From Candidatus Latescibacterota bacterium (lineage in GTDB: Bacteria; Latescibacterota; UBA2968; GCA-2709665), in the NCBI GenBank assembly GCA_965219455.1, contig OZ244744.1, forward strand, positions 4,064,001 to 4,128,000: 64,000 bases of DNA. The letters are read 5' to 3'. The position numbers were made by a program, and so were the translations under genes. The first letter of the stretch is position 1; every line of letters starts with the position of its first letter. The notes under the pieces are model-generated. The model worked only from the letters and a program-made list of their open reading frames with translations, did not search any database and was not told the origin of the DNA. This document shows positions 19,705-29,086 of this stretch, one piece after another.

Positions 19705-21627
19705 ATGGCTGGCTATCGTGCGCTTTCCGCGGCTGAGATCGCGGTTCTGGAACGGAACGGGTGCGCGGCTGCGGATTGGTCGAAGGTGGTTGTGAAGCGC
19801 GGATTCAATCCGGATCGGGTGAAGTATGTCGTTTTTTGCGGAAGGGTAAAGATCGGTGCTCTGGAGGGCACGGTGTCTTTCGCTGGCGTGGATTTACCCG
19901 CTGAAATTTCGCACGCCACGTTGATAAACTGCGAACTGGGGGATAACGTGCGGGTGACACGGGTGCATAGTCATCTCGCGAATTACCGGGTTGGCGAAGG
20001 GGCGGTCGTAATCGATGTGGGGCAGATGACGACCGGCGCCGGTGCGACATTCGGAAATGGCGTGGTCGTGGAACCGGTTAACGAGGGGGGTGGGCGGGAG
20101 GTGCCGATGTTCAATGAGATGTCCAGCCAGTTCGCCTACCTGATGAGTATGCACCGGTATCGAACCGAGATGACGGCCTGTCTCCTGGCAATGGCAGACG
20201 CATTCGTCGCTGGGATAACGTCGGATGTGGGCGTGGTTGGCGACCGCGCCGTCGTCGCGCATGTGAATGAGATTGAGGATGTAAATATCGGTCCCCGCGC
20301 GGTGGTCACCGGGGCGGCCATGCTGAAAAACGGCACCGTCCTGAGCGAGGCGGATGCGCAGACGCGTATTGGCGCATCCGTTGTGGCCGAAGATTTCATT
20401 ATTTCCGAGGGCTCCCGCGTGGAGAGTGGCGCTATTATTAACCGGTGCTTTATCGGACAGGGAGTAGAGGTCGGGAAGCAGTTTTCGGCCGAGAATTCCC
20501 TCTTCTTCGCCAATTCGGAGTGCTTTAACGGCGAAGCCTGTGCGGTGTTCGGCGGCCCCTACACAGTGACGCACCACAAGAGCACGCTGCTGATCGCGGG
20601 GTTGTTTTCGTTCTATAACGCCGGTAGCGGGACCAACCAGAGTAACCATATGTATAAGCTCGGTCCGGTGCACCAGGGTGTGCTGGAACGCGGCAGCAAG
20701 ACGGGATCGTCTTCCTATATGCTTTTGCCGAGCGCCGTGGGGCCGTTTACTGTCGTCATCGGCAAACATATGACGAATTTCGATATTCGGGATCTGCCGT
20801 TTTCCTACGTCGTTGAAGAAAACGGAGCGAGTTTTCTTACGCCTGCGATGAACCTGCACACAGTCGGAACGGTTCGCGATGGGGAGAAGTGGCCAAACCG
20901 GGACCGGCGCACGGCTTCCCTAAAGCGTGACCAGGTCCGGTACGAGGTATTCAGTCCCTACACGGTCGAGCGGATGATGCGGGGAGAGGCGCTGCTGACA
21001 GCGCTGTACGACGAAACGCCGCGTGAGGTGGTCCACGTGCGTCACAACGGGGTGAGGATACGGCGGCTGGTGTTGCGCCACGGCATCAGGAATTACGCGG
21101 CGGCGATCGACATGTACCTCATTGGCAAGATTCTACAGCGATTGGCGGAGGGAAAGGCGCTGGGCCCGGATGAAGGCGAAGTATACGACAAGCGTTGGGC
21201 GGACGTGGGCGGTCTATTGCTTGCCGGGGCACGGTTGGCCCAAATTGAAAGGGATATCGTGTCCGGAAGAATTGACGCGGTGGCGGCTTTCAATGCGGCA
21301 TTCGAGTCGGCCAACCGGATGTACGAAAGGGATGAGTGGGCGTGGGTGCGGCGGGCGTTCCGGACCCGAAACGGCACCGGCGTGGAAGCGCTGGCGGCGG
21401 AGGACATCGAGAAATTGAAAGCAACGCACCGGAAAGCGCATGCCTCGTCTACGAAAAAGGTGCTGGCGGATGCGGAAAAGGAATTTGGCGCCGCCGCCGC
21501 AATCGGTTATGGCGCCGACGGCGGCGAGGACGAGGTGGAGGCGGATTTCAGGGCCGTGCGCGGCGACTTTTCGGGAAACGCGTTTGTGCGGCAGATGCGC
21601 GAACGTGGCGCGAACGACGGGGTTTGA
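19705..21627 (+). CDS. DUF4954 family protein (left-handed beta-helix)
   Basis: FGNG..VEPVNEGGGREV, GPYTVTHHKSTLLIAG, NAGSGTNQSNHMYKLGP, KWPNRDRR; AAGGAGG RBS. Confidence 0.85.
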   Translation: MAGYRALSAAEIAVLERNGCAAADWSKVVVKRGFNPDRVKYVVFCGRVKIGALEGTVSFAGVDLPAEISHATLINCELGDNVRVTRVHSHLANYRVGEGAVVIDVGQMTTGAGATFGNGVVVEPVNEGGGREVPMFNEMSSQFAYLMSMHRYRTEMTACLLAMADAFVAGITSDVGVVGDRAVVAHVNEIEDVNIGPRAVVTGAAMLKNGTVLSEADAQTRIGASVVAEDFIISEGSRVESGAIINRCFIGQGVEVGKQFSAENSLFFANSECFNGEACAVFGGPYTVTHHKSTLLIAGLFSFYNAGSGTNQSNHMYKLGPVHQGVLERGSKTGSSSYMLLPSAVGPFTVVIGKHMTNFDIRDLPFSYVVEENGASFLTPAMNLHTVGTVRDGEKWPNRDRRTASLKRDQVRYEVFSPYTVERMMRGEALLTALYDETPREVVHVRHNGVRIRRLVLRHGIRNYAAAIDMYLIGKILQRLAEGKALGPDEGEVYDKRWADVGGLLLAGARLAQIERDIVSGRIDAVAAFNAAFESANRMYERDEWAWVRRAFRTRNGTGVEALAAEDIEKLKATHRKAHASSTKKVLADAEKEFGAAAAIGYGADGGEDEVEADFRAVRGDFSGNAFVRQMRERGANDGV

Positions 21628-21710
21628 AAAGACGGGCGTGTCCGTTGAAGTCCAGACCATGCACGTGCAGGGTGCATGGCGGGGGAATTCAGGCCGTGAA
21701 CAAGCAAGGT

Positions 21711-22673
21711 TCAACAGATCATGCCCTGTTTCGCGCGTATTCCGTGAGCCGGTGGGCGGGTCCCGATCCAGCGTTCGTCCTGCGGTTCGGAGGCGAGTTG
21801 ATAGCGGGAGTCTGAGGAGATGCGGATACGGTCGGTGTGGTTGTCGGAGCTGGCGTGCAACGTGTGCATGGAGAAGACGAGCACGTCGCCCAGTTTGTAG
21901 TCCGCCGTCAGCCAGCGGCCGCCCAGATCGTTTCGAGCCTGAATGGCGTCGGGCGCAAACGAACCTGTGGAATTCCAGCGGATTCGGGACTGCTCCTCGC
22001 CGGTGAGATCGCGCGCTTGCACCCTGGCGGTTTCAACGATCCGCCTGGCCTGATTTTCGTTCTCGCAGTATTTGTCTACATCGGTACGTGCGTAGGTGTG
22101 CCGAAGGCGTTCGCTCTTGTGTGAATTCTCCAGGATAATCAGACCGCCCATTTCAAACGGTACGTCGCCGAGCGGGGTCCAGGAAGAGTAGAGGTTGGGG
22201 GTGCCGCGGCCCATGTAGACCATGTCGTAGTGGGGCTGGGTGGGTGACGCGGCACCCGGGGCTTTGACCCGAAACCATGTATAGTCGAAATGGGTGACGG
22301 GACCCCCCAGGAATCGTTCGTAGAACCGGATCATGGGCCCGTCGTAGAGTACTTTCATCAGTGCCGGATTATCGAGTGTGAAGTCGAACATGGTGCCCAG
22401 CCCGCCGCCGGGTTTGTATTTTCCGTCGAGCAGGGGACGGGTTTCATCCACTGAGCCCAGCCTGGCAAGACGCTTCATCACTCCCAGGCGCGCCGCCAGC
22501 GTTTCTTCGGGGTCGAGGAGTCCTGGCAGGTAGAGGTACCCGTCTTCGGCCATGCGGGCGTGGAGCGAGACCGGATCATGCGACAGGTCGTCCGAACGCC
22601 GCAACTCGCCGGCGTCACTGACGGATCCGACCAGCGGATTCCCGCGAAAGGTCAGGTCAAGCAGGGCGTTCAT
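21711..22673 (-). CDS. Phytanoyl-CoA dioxygenase (PhyH) family Fe(II)/2OG enzyme
   Basis: HYD...WTPLGD...GDVLVF...LHAS...RISSDSRYQ. Confidence 0.88.
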   Translation of the reverse strand: MNALLDLTFRGNPLVGSVSDAGELRRSDDLSHDPVSLHARMAEDGYLYLPGLLDPEETLAARLGVMKRLARLGSVDETRPLLDGKYKPGGGLGTMFDFTLDNPALMKVLYDGPMIRFYERFLGGPVTHFDYTWFRVKAPGAASPTQPHYDMVYMGRGTPNLYSSWTPLGDVPFEMGGLIILENSHKSERLRHTYARTDVDKYCENENQARRIVETARVQARDLTGEEQSRIRWNSTGSFAPDAIQARNDLGGRWLTADYKLGDVLVFSMHTLHASSDNHTDRIRISSDSRYQLASEPQDERWIGTRPPAHGIRAKQGMIC

Positions 22674-22743
22674 ACGAATCTCCTTGTTTTCGGTGCCCGT
22701 GAACCGGGAAGACGAAGTCAATACGCTTTCGACGCCGGGTCGT

Positions 22744-22772
22744 AATATGCCACTTTCGTTTCATGCTGTCAA
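22744..22772 (-). promoter_or_regulatory. Sigma70-like promoter with extended -10
   Basis: Minus strand TTGACA-17 nt (ending TGG)-CATATT. Confidence 0.6.
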
Positions 22773-22815
22773 ATTCAATGCGGTGAACCGGTAGAAGCGT
22801 CACGTCGGTACCGGA

Positions 22816-23769
22816 TTACGGACGGTGCGTATCCGGTGGCGGGGATGTTACCGTCGCAAGCTGTTCGAGCGCGGCCTGCAGGGCGGATTCGACCGAAAGG
22901 GAAGGAAGGTGTCCGTCCGGGGCTTTCAGAACACGGGAGAGCGGATGCCGAGGCGCCCACGTTCCAGCGTCCGTGGGCCCGAACAGGGTGAGCGTAGGGG
23001 TGCCCACTGCTGCGGCAACGTGTCCCGGGCCGGAGTCGTTTCCAATGAACAGGTCGGCTCGGTGTAGCAGGCCGGCAAGGCGACGAAGGTCGGGAGGAAT
23101 CAGGCAGGGAAGGTGACCCTGCAGCTCATCGACGATGTCCCGTTCCACGGGTCCGCACAGGGCTACGACGCCTGCGCCGCGGATTTGGAGTCTGTGGGCA
23201 AGCTTCAAAAAGGAGGATAGCGACCAGCATTTTCCCCGGCCGCCGCTTCCCGGGTGAATGGCCACCAAAGGGGAGGGCAAACGGTGCTCTTTAAGGGTGT
23301 CGTCAGCGCGAGCCAATTCGTCCTGGTGTAAACGGATCCGGGGGTTCGGGTCGGACGTGGCAATACACAGCCTTCTCAGCGGCGCCAGGAGGTGTTCTAT
23401 GATGTGGATGCCCCCTTTCGGGCGGGGGTCGTGTACGATTGCGCGGCCTCTGACCAATTCCGTCAGACGGGATTGAAGGTTTTTCTCCGGGTCGACGGCG
23501 TAGGCCAGAAGCAAATCGACATTGGAGAAGAGAGCGCGGGTGCGTTCGGGAACCGGACCTGCGGGATTATATAGTCCGGCAATGGCGGCGCTGTTGATGT
23601 CGAAAAGGCCGTTTACGGGCGCGAGGCGCATCATTGTGGGGTTGCCGACAAGACGCAGGCTGGAGCGTGGGTAAGCCATACGCAGGGCGTACACCGCAGG
23701 GAGTGTAAGTACGAAATCTCCGATGGCGCCGCTTCGGACAAGCGTGATTTGTTCCGGGCTGACGGGCAT
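22816..23769 (-). CDS. Glycosyltransferase family 9 (LPS heptosyltransferase-like)
   Basis: GAIGDFVLTLP, IHPGSG..KCW, IGNDSGPGHVAAA..PTLTLFGPT. Confidence 0.92.
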   Translation of the reverse strand: MPVSPEQITLVRSGAIGDFVLTLPAVYALRMAYPRSSLRLVGNPTMMRLAPVNGLFDINSAAIAGLYNPAGPVPERTRALFSNVDLLLAYAVDPEKNLQSRLTELVRGRAIVHDPRPKGGIHIIEHLLAPLRRLCIATSDPNPRIRLHQDELARADDTLKEHRLPSPLVAIHPGSGGRGKCWSLSSFLKLAHRLQIRGAGVVALCGPVERDIVDELQGHLPCLIPPDLRRLAGLLHRADLFIGNDSGPGHVAAAVGTPTLTLFGPTDAGTWAPRHPLSRVLKAPDGHLPSLSVESALQAALEQLATVTSPPPDTHRP

Positions 23770-23846
23770 ACGAATGAGACCGCGTTTCGGTTATTTTACA
23801 TTCGTCTTCCGTTCGGGGTGGTGCATCAAGGGCCGGTAGGTGCCGG

Positions 23847-24533
23847 CTACGTTTCGTTCCAGCCTAACCCGATAAACGTCGCCTGGAGATCTTCCGTAGG
23901 ATCCGCGACCACGGCAACCCCTTCCCCGGTATATGGATGCAAAAATGCCAGCCGGGCGGCCATGAGCGCCAGACGGCACAAACCAAACCTGGTACGAACG
24001 AACCGGGTGTGCGCGCCGTCGCCGTACGTGGTGTCACCCACAACAGGATGGGAAACATGGGCCATGTGTTTTCGGATCTGGTGCATGCGGCCGGTCTGAG
24101 GAACGGCGCGTACAAGTGAGAAACGCGCGGTGTCGTGTACACCCACGGGTTCCTGAAGTTCGACCGTTCGCATGCGAATGAAGTCGGTGACCGCTTCCAC
24201 TGCTGCTTTTTTCTTGTGTTCACGCAGGGGGTGATCTATCCTTCCGGATTCAGGCGTGAATCCGCGTACCACGGCCAGGTATTCCTTTTGGATGAGGCGG
24301 TTTTCGAACAGGAGGCACATTTTCCGGGCCGCCTCGGAACTCAGGGCGAAGAGCAACACACCTGAGGTGGCGCGATCCAGCCTGTGAATGGTGTAAACGG
24401 AACGACCGAGTTGCCTGCCCAGCCTGGACATGCAGTTCGGTTCCCGGGGACCGAGTCGGGTGGGGTGTACGAAGATGCCGCTCGGTTTGTCAAGGGCAAC
24501 GTAGTGGTCGTCCTGGTAGAGGATTTTTAACAT
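23847..24533 (-). CDS. truC: RluA-family pseudouridine synthase, TruC-like
   Basis: KPSG, HRLDRATSG, TGRMHQIRKH, HPVVGD. Confidence 0.8.
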   Translation of the reverse strand: MLKILYQDDHYVALDKPSGIFVHPTRLGPREPNCMSRLGRQLGRSVYTIHRLDRATSGVLLFALSSEAARKMCLLFENRLIQKEYLAVVRGFTPESGRIDHPLREHKKKAAVEAVTDFIRMRTVELQEPVGVHDTARFSLVRAVPQTGRMHQIRKHMAHVSHPVVGDTTYGDGAHTRFVRTRFGLCRLALMAARLAFLHPYTGEGVAVVADPTEDLQATFIGLGWNET

Positions 24534-24552
24534 AGTACTCTATTTTCGAAAG
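24525..24552 (-). other. Candidate dif (XerC/XerD) site
   Basis: Minus strand CTTTCGAAAAT-AGAGTA-CTATGTTAAAA. The right arm matches the E. coli XerD arm TTATGTTAAAT at 9 of 11 positions, and the site lies at the apparent GC-skew switch. Confidence 0.5.
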
Positions 24553-24688
24553 CCACGATTTCTTGGGCGGGCCCCGGCGCGCGGGCCGTTTCGGGGACTG
24601 CGTTACGAAAGTGGTGGTGCGGGCGACCCGTGATGTTCGTGCCGACGGGTTGAACGCAATCCAAAGCGCTTCCCATTGTCAAATTCAA

Positions 24689-24717
24689 TTGCTCCTCCGT
24701 CAGACGGGTTATATATT
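24689..24717 (+). promoter_or_regulatory. Sigma70-like promoter for prs
   Basis: TTGCTC-17 nt-TATATT. Confidence 0.5.
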
Positions 24718-24784
24718 TCACACGTTCTTTCCCGAGACAATTCTTCAAACCCGCGGTTCGAACTCCCCTAAGGAGGCTGACGTT

Positions 24785-25753
24785 TTGGGTTACGACTTTC
24801 AAGTTTTCACCGGCAACATCAACAGACCCCTCGCTGAGGAGATCTGTCAACACCTCGATATCAACCTGGGTGAGGCCGAAGTCACCAGTTTTCCGGGAGG
24901 AGAAACCGGCGTTCAGATCCGCGAGAACGTGCGTGGAAACGACGTCTACATCGTTCAGCCCATCTGCGGCAACGGGATACACACGCCCAACGACGCCCTG
25001 ATGGAAATCCTTATCCTCATTGACGCCGCCCGTCGGGCCTCCGCTCGGCGAATCACCGCCGTACTGCCCTATTACGGCTATGCCCGGCAGGACCGCAAAG
25101 ACAGGCCGCGGGTGCCAATCACCGCCAAACTGATCGGGAACCTCATCGTTACCGCCGGCGCCAGGCGGGTCCTATCGCTGGATCTACATTCCAACCAGAT
25201 CCAGGGATTCTTCGACATTCCCATGGACCACCTCTACTCCATCAATGTCTTCGCAAACTACCTGATGGAAAAGGGCATGGAAAACCTGGTTACGGTCACG
25301 CCAGACGTGGGCAACATCAAGATGACCCGGGCCTATTCCGAACTGTTGCACGCTCCCCTGGCCATTGTAGACAAACGACGCTCGAGCGGCACGCAAACCG
25401 AAGTTCTGAACATTATCGGCGACGTCGAAGGAAAGAACGTCGTGATCATCGACGATCTTATTTCCACCGGCGGGTCTCTTGTTGAAGCCGCTGCTGCGCT
25501 GAGAGAACACGGCGCTCTCGACATCAGCGCCGTAATTGTACATCCGGTGCTGGCCGGGCCCGCAATCGAGCGCGTGGAGAACTCCGTTCTCACCGAATTG
25601 GTGGTGTCAAACTCCATCCCCGTGCCGGAAAAGGTTCAGAATGGAAAGATAAAGGTACTCTCGGTGGCCTCCATTCTGTCGGAAGCCATCCGTCGCATCC
25701 ACAACGACGAATCCGTCAGCACCCTGTTCGGAGACGTTCAGGTCGAAGGATAA
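24785..25753 (+). CDS. prs: Ribose-phosphate pyrophosphokinase
   Basis: PYYGYARQDRK, DLHSNQIQGFF, IIDDLISTGGS; AAGGAGG RBS before TTG 24785. Confidence 0.97.
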   Translation: MGYDFQVFTGNINRPLAEEICQHLDINLGEAEVTSFPGGETGVQIRENVRGNDVYIVQPICGNGIHTPNDALMEILILIDAARRASARRITAVLPYYGYARQDRKDRPRVPITAKLIGNLIVTAGARRVLSLDLHSNQIQGFFDIPMDHLYSINVFANYLMEKGMENLVTVTPDVGNIKMTRAYSELLHAPLAIVDKRRSSGTQTEVLNIIGDVEGKNVVIIDDLISTGGSLVEAAAALREHGALDISAVIVHPVLAGPAIERVENSVLTELVVSNSIPVPEKVQNGKIKVLSVASILSEAIRRIHNDESVSTLFGDVQVEG

Positions 25754-25851
25754 AGTCCCGGGTCACAACGGGGTGGCGTTGGCGGGAGCATCTCGAAAAT
25801 TGGAAAGAAATACCAGCTGTGTTACGTTCGGGATGTAGAAGGGTGGGCGCC

Positions 25852-26973
25852 TTACATCACAGCAGCTGCAACCGCATTGCCCACCCGCGGACGTAGAGAC
25901 GCCGCACCGTTCGGGTCGTTGGTAAACAGCACGCACGTCGTCTCCGTTTCGGGATCCACCCAGGCCACCGTGCCCGTCGCCCCCTCGTGCCCGAAGGTGG
26001 CGTCCGAAGTCAGATCACCGAAGATTGAGCTCACCCGGTCGCGCAGGCGCCATCCCAACCCCCAACGCTGTCGGAGTCTGTCACCCCGGGTCAGATCCGG
26101 CATCGCCGACGTCTGATCCGCCGTCATTGCGGCAACCGTTGCAGGCTTCAGAATGCTGATTCCGTTCGGCGCACCGCCGTACAGAAAGGTCTGACAGAGC
26201 GCCGTCATCTCCGCCGTGGTCGTCAACAGCCCTCCCCAGGGAGCGCCGAACCCTCTCCAGTAATCCGAATTCCAATTCCACGACTCGGCGTCCGCTCCGC
26301 CGTACTCGCCGCTGTGTATCTTCACGTCGGACTCCCGCGTGTTCCGCTTCCGAAGACCCAGTGACGTATCCTCGAGACCCAGCGGTTCAAAAAACCCCCG
26401 TCTCAAGAATTCCCGTATCGGCGTCGCCTCAACCCGCTGAACGATTTCGCCCAGCATTGCGATTCCACAGCTCTGGTAAGATATCCGTGTGCCGGGTTCA
26501 AATAGCAACTTCACCTTGCAGATTTGCTGTATAAAAACATCCAGCGATGCGTGTTCGGCCCGCAATGCCAGATTCTCCGGCAGCATGTCCGGCAGTCCGG
26601 ATGTGTGGGTCAGGAGATGCCGCACCTGCACACCTTCCTTGCCCGCCTGGCCGAACTCCGGTACAAGTTCCGCCACCAGGTCGTCCAGGCAGACCTCGCC
26701 GCGCTCCACGAGCAGCATGACCGCCGCGGCCACGATCGGCTTGGTAATGGATGCAATCAGAAAAACCGTATCCGGCTCAACCGGCGGCCCGTCGGGATCC
26801 AGCTTGCGGCGCCCGAAACACGCAGGTGGAAGGGCGACTCCGCCCCGGGATACCTGCAGTGCCGCGCCCATTAGCTCTCCCCGCACCACCGCCTCCTCCA
26901 GGATCCCGCAAGCCGTTTGGATGGCTTCCCCGGATAACCCGATCTCTTCCGGGTTTTCGGTCTGTCGAATCAT
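25852..26973 (-). CDS. Serine hydrolase, beta-lactamase (AmpC-like) family
   Basis: ASITK (SxxK), LLTHTSGL, SYQS, GHEGATG. Confidence 0.9.
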   Translation of the reverse strand: MIRQTENPEEIGLSGEAIQTACGILEEAVVRGELMGAALQVSRGGVALPPACFGRRKLDPDGPPVEPDTVFLIASITKPIVAAAVMLLVERGEVCLDDLVAELVPEFGQAGKEGVQVRHLLTHTSGLPDMLPENLALRAEHASLDVFIQQICKVKLLFEPGTRISYQSCGIAMLGEIVQRVEATPIREFLRRGFFEPLGLEDTSLGLRKRNTRESDVKIHSGEYGGADAESWNWNSDYWRGFGAPWGGLLTTTAEMTALCQTFLYGGAPNGISILKPATVAAMTADQTSAMPDLTRGDRLRQRWGLGWRLRDRVSSIFGDLTSDATFGHEGATGTVAWVDPETETTCVLFTNDPNGAASLRPRVGNAVAAAVM

Positions 26974-26991
26974 AACGCCTCCCGCGCGTAT

Positions 26992-27117
26992 TTATCGTTC
27001 GGCCGTAATTTGCTCCAGGACTTCGCGAGTGGACTTGAACCCCGTACTGGTAACCACCATCACCACCGTCTCGTCTGTCGAAAACGCGCCGGCTGATTCA
27101 ACTTCAACGACGTTTGT
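26992..27117 (-). pseudogene. C-terminal remnant of a threonine-synthase-like PLP enzyme
   Basis: Manual translation ...GAFSTDETVVMVVTSTGFKSTREVLEQITAER*, resembling the VVxxxTGxGLK C-terminal motif. Bounded upstream by TGA, no N-terminal part. Confidence 0.5.
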
Positions 27118-27149
27118 TCACCCGAACGCCTGCCGGGTAAGGAGTTGAA

Positions 27150-28121
27150 TTACAAAGGTAACACCATCCCGATTTCCCGCTCCATAGCACGGCGATAAAC
27201 CAGTATCGCTGTGGCCATGTCTTCCAGGCCCAGGCCCAGATTGATCGCAATCGTGCGCTCCGTGTCCGACTCCCGTCCGGGTTTCAGCCCGGCCGCGATT
27301 TCACCAAGATCGGCATACGGTTCAGGTGTATCGCTGAAATAACCGGTCTGCCGGTAATAATTCAACTGATCGGTATCGTCGCTTGCCAGCTTGTCCGCTT
27401 CGCGGAATGCTTCGGCCCGAAAGCAGGAATCGAAATCCAGAGGGCATGCGAATGACCCCTCCGCCAGCCAGCCGGCGTCCACGACTGGCGCCGGTCGTTG
27501 CCTGACGGGTCCGCTGGTCACCACAAGGTCCAGTCCCTTGACGGCCTGTGAAACCTCGCGAACCGGCTCGATCCGCACCCCCAGTCGGGGTCCCATTTCC
27601 GCGGCGAATCGATCCGCAAGCTCAGGATAAAGATCGTACGCCTTAACTTCCCTGATGTCGAAAACACACGACAGCGCTTCGAGATTGCCGCGACCCTGAA
27701 CGCCACAGGCGACAATGCCAACCGTCGAGCTATCCTTGCGTGCCAGATACTTCGCGGCAACCGCCGTTGCCGCTCCCGTCCGCATCGCCGTGATCCATGT
27801 GCAATCCATAACGCACGTGGGAATGCCGGTTTCAGGATCGTTCAGAATCAACAGCCCGGTAATGTACGGCAACCCCTTCTCCTGGTTTGCCGGGTACCCG
27901 GATACCCACTTCATCCCCGCCGATTCAAGGCTGGGTATATACGCCGGCATCGCGTGGATAAACGCATCCGGCTGCGTATGGATGCCCGGCTTGGGTGGCA
28001 TTTCCACTTTCCCTTCTCCTTTTTCCACAAACATCCGGTCCAGCCCGTCGATGATTTCTGCCATCGACAGATTCACCGTTTCCACGTCGCTTCTCGAGAG
28101 ATACAATACCGTATCCGACAT
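27150..28121 (-). CDS. Ornithine cyclodeaminase/mu-crystallin family (alanine dehydrogenase-like)
   Basis: HAMPAY, KWVSGYP.N, ITAMRTGA, ACGVQG, GLGLED; GAGGAG RBS. Confidence 0.9.
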   Translation of the reverse strand: MSDTVLYLSRSDVETVNLSMAEIIDGLDRMFVEKGEGKVEMPPKPGIHTQPDAFIHAMPAYIPSLESAGMKWVSGYPANQEKGLPYITGLLILNDPETGIPTCVMDCTWITAMRTGAATAVAAKYLARKDSSTVGIVACGVQGRGNLEALSCVFDIREVKAYDLYPELADRFAAEMGPRLGVRIEPVREVSQAVKGLDLVVTSGPVRQRPAPVVDAGWLAEGSFACPLDFDSCFRAEAFREADKLASDDTDQLNYYRQTGYFSDTPEPYADLGEIAAGLKPGRESDTERTIAINLGLGLEDMATAILVYRRAMEREIGMVLPL

Positions 28122-28236
28122 TGGCGGCTCCTCGAGGAAAACTTGATGTACGATCCCGACTTGGTTATCTTCCGCCGAGTATCCCCCTCTCACCGAACCC
28201 GGATGGCGGACGCCGGGTTCGCGGGTTCACCGCCGA

Positions 28237-29034
28237 ATGACACCAATGAACAGTCTGACAGACGAACAGTGGGAACGGTTTGACGCCAGGGGTTATCTTC
28301 ACCTCGGCAGGGTTGCAGACGCGGCCGCGGTGGAAACCCTCAAGTGTCGTATTGACGATATCATGCTGGGCACGGCCCCGCTGGACTACGGCCGCATGCT
28401 GATGCAGCTGGACGTCGTCGAAGGCCGGGACGGCCCGGGACCACAGACCAGGGGGCACAAGGGCGCCACCCTGAACTACCGGAAAATTCAGGATCTGGAG
28501 TTCGACAACCTCTTCCTCGCCTACATGCAGAAACCGCTTTTTCGCAGCATTTGTGCCCGCGTCTACGGGAGGGATGCGGCGGTGGCCTGCTTCCGTGCCA
28601 TGTTTATGAACAAACCGGCCGGAAAAGGACACGACCTCACCTGGCACCAGGACCGCTGGACCGACCTCGACCGGGATCCACTCGTTACCGTCTGGACGGC
28701 TTTAGACGATGCCACCATCGAAAACGGCTGCGTCAAAATCATCCCCGGGTCTCACAAACGGGGCCTGGTCAACCCCGAAAACCCAAGTGGGTTTCTCGTT
28801 CCTGAGCAGATCGACGAACGGACGAGAAGGGTCGGGCACGTCTACCTGGAACTCGGCGCGGGCGAGGTCGTACTCTTACACAACTGGCTGTTGCACAGCT
28901 CCGGTACGAACCATACCGACGTTCCGCGCAGGGCATTCAGCGCCTGTTACATGCACGCGGCAACGAAATCTGCTCGCGGCGACGCTTTTCCGGTCATTTT
29001 TGGAACAGATGCATTGTCGCCGAAAACCGTATGA
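28237..29034 (+). CDS. PhyH family dioxygenase
   Basis: WHQD, WTALDDATIENGC..IPGSHK, LLHSS, RRAFS. Confidence 0.9.
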   Translation: MTPMNSLTDEQWERFDARGYLHLGRVADAAAVETLKCRIDDIMLGTAPLDYGRMLMQLDVVEGRDGPGPQTRGHKGATLNYRKIQDLEFDNLFLAYMQKPLFRSICARVYGRDAAVACFRAMFMNKPAGKGHDLTWHQDRWTDLDRDPLVTVWTALDDATIENGCVKIIPGSHKRGLVNPENPSGFLVPEQIDERTRRVGHVYLELGAGEVVLLHNWLLHSSGTNHTDVPRRAFSACYMHAATKSARGDAFPVIFGTDALSPKTV

Positions 29035-29086
29035 GGCTTCAAAAAGGTGGATCGGGCGCCGTCTCGGGGTTCCCGGCGGCCTATTG

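Noticed and set aside
24553-24784. Possible tRNA-Gln upstream of prs (GGTTCGAACTCC at about 24756)
   Set aside because: A T-loop-like word only; no acceptor, D or anticodon arms could be built.
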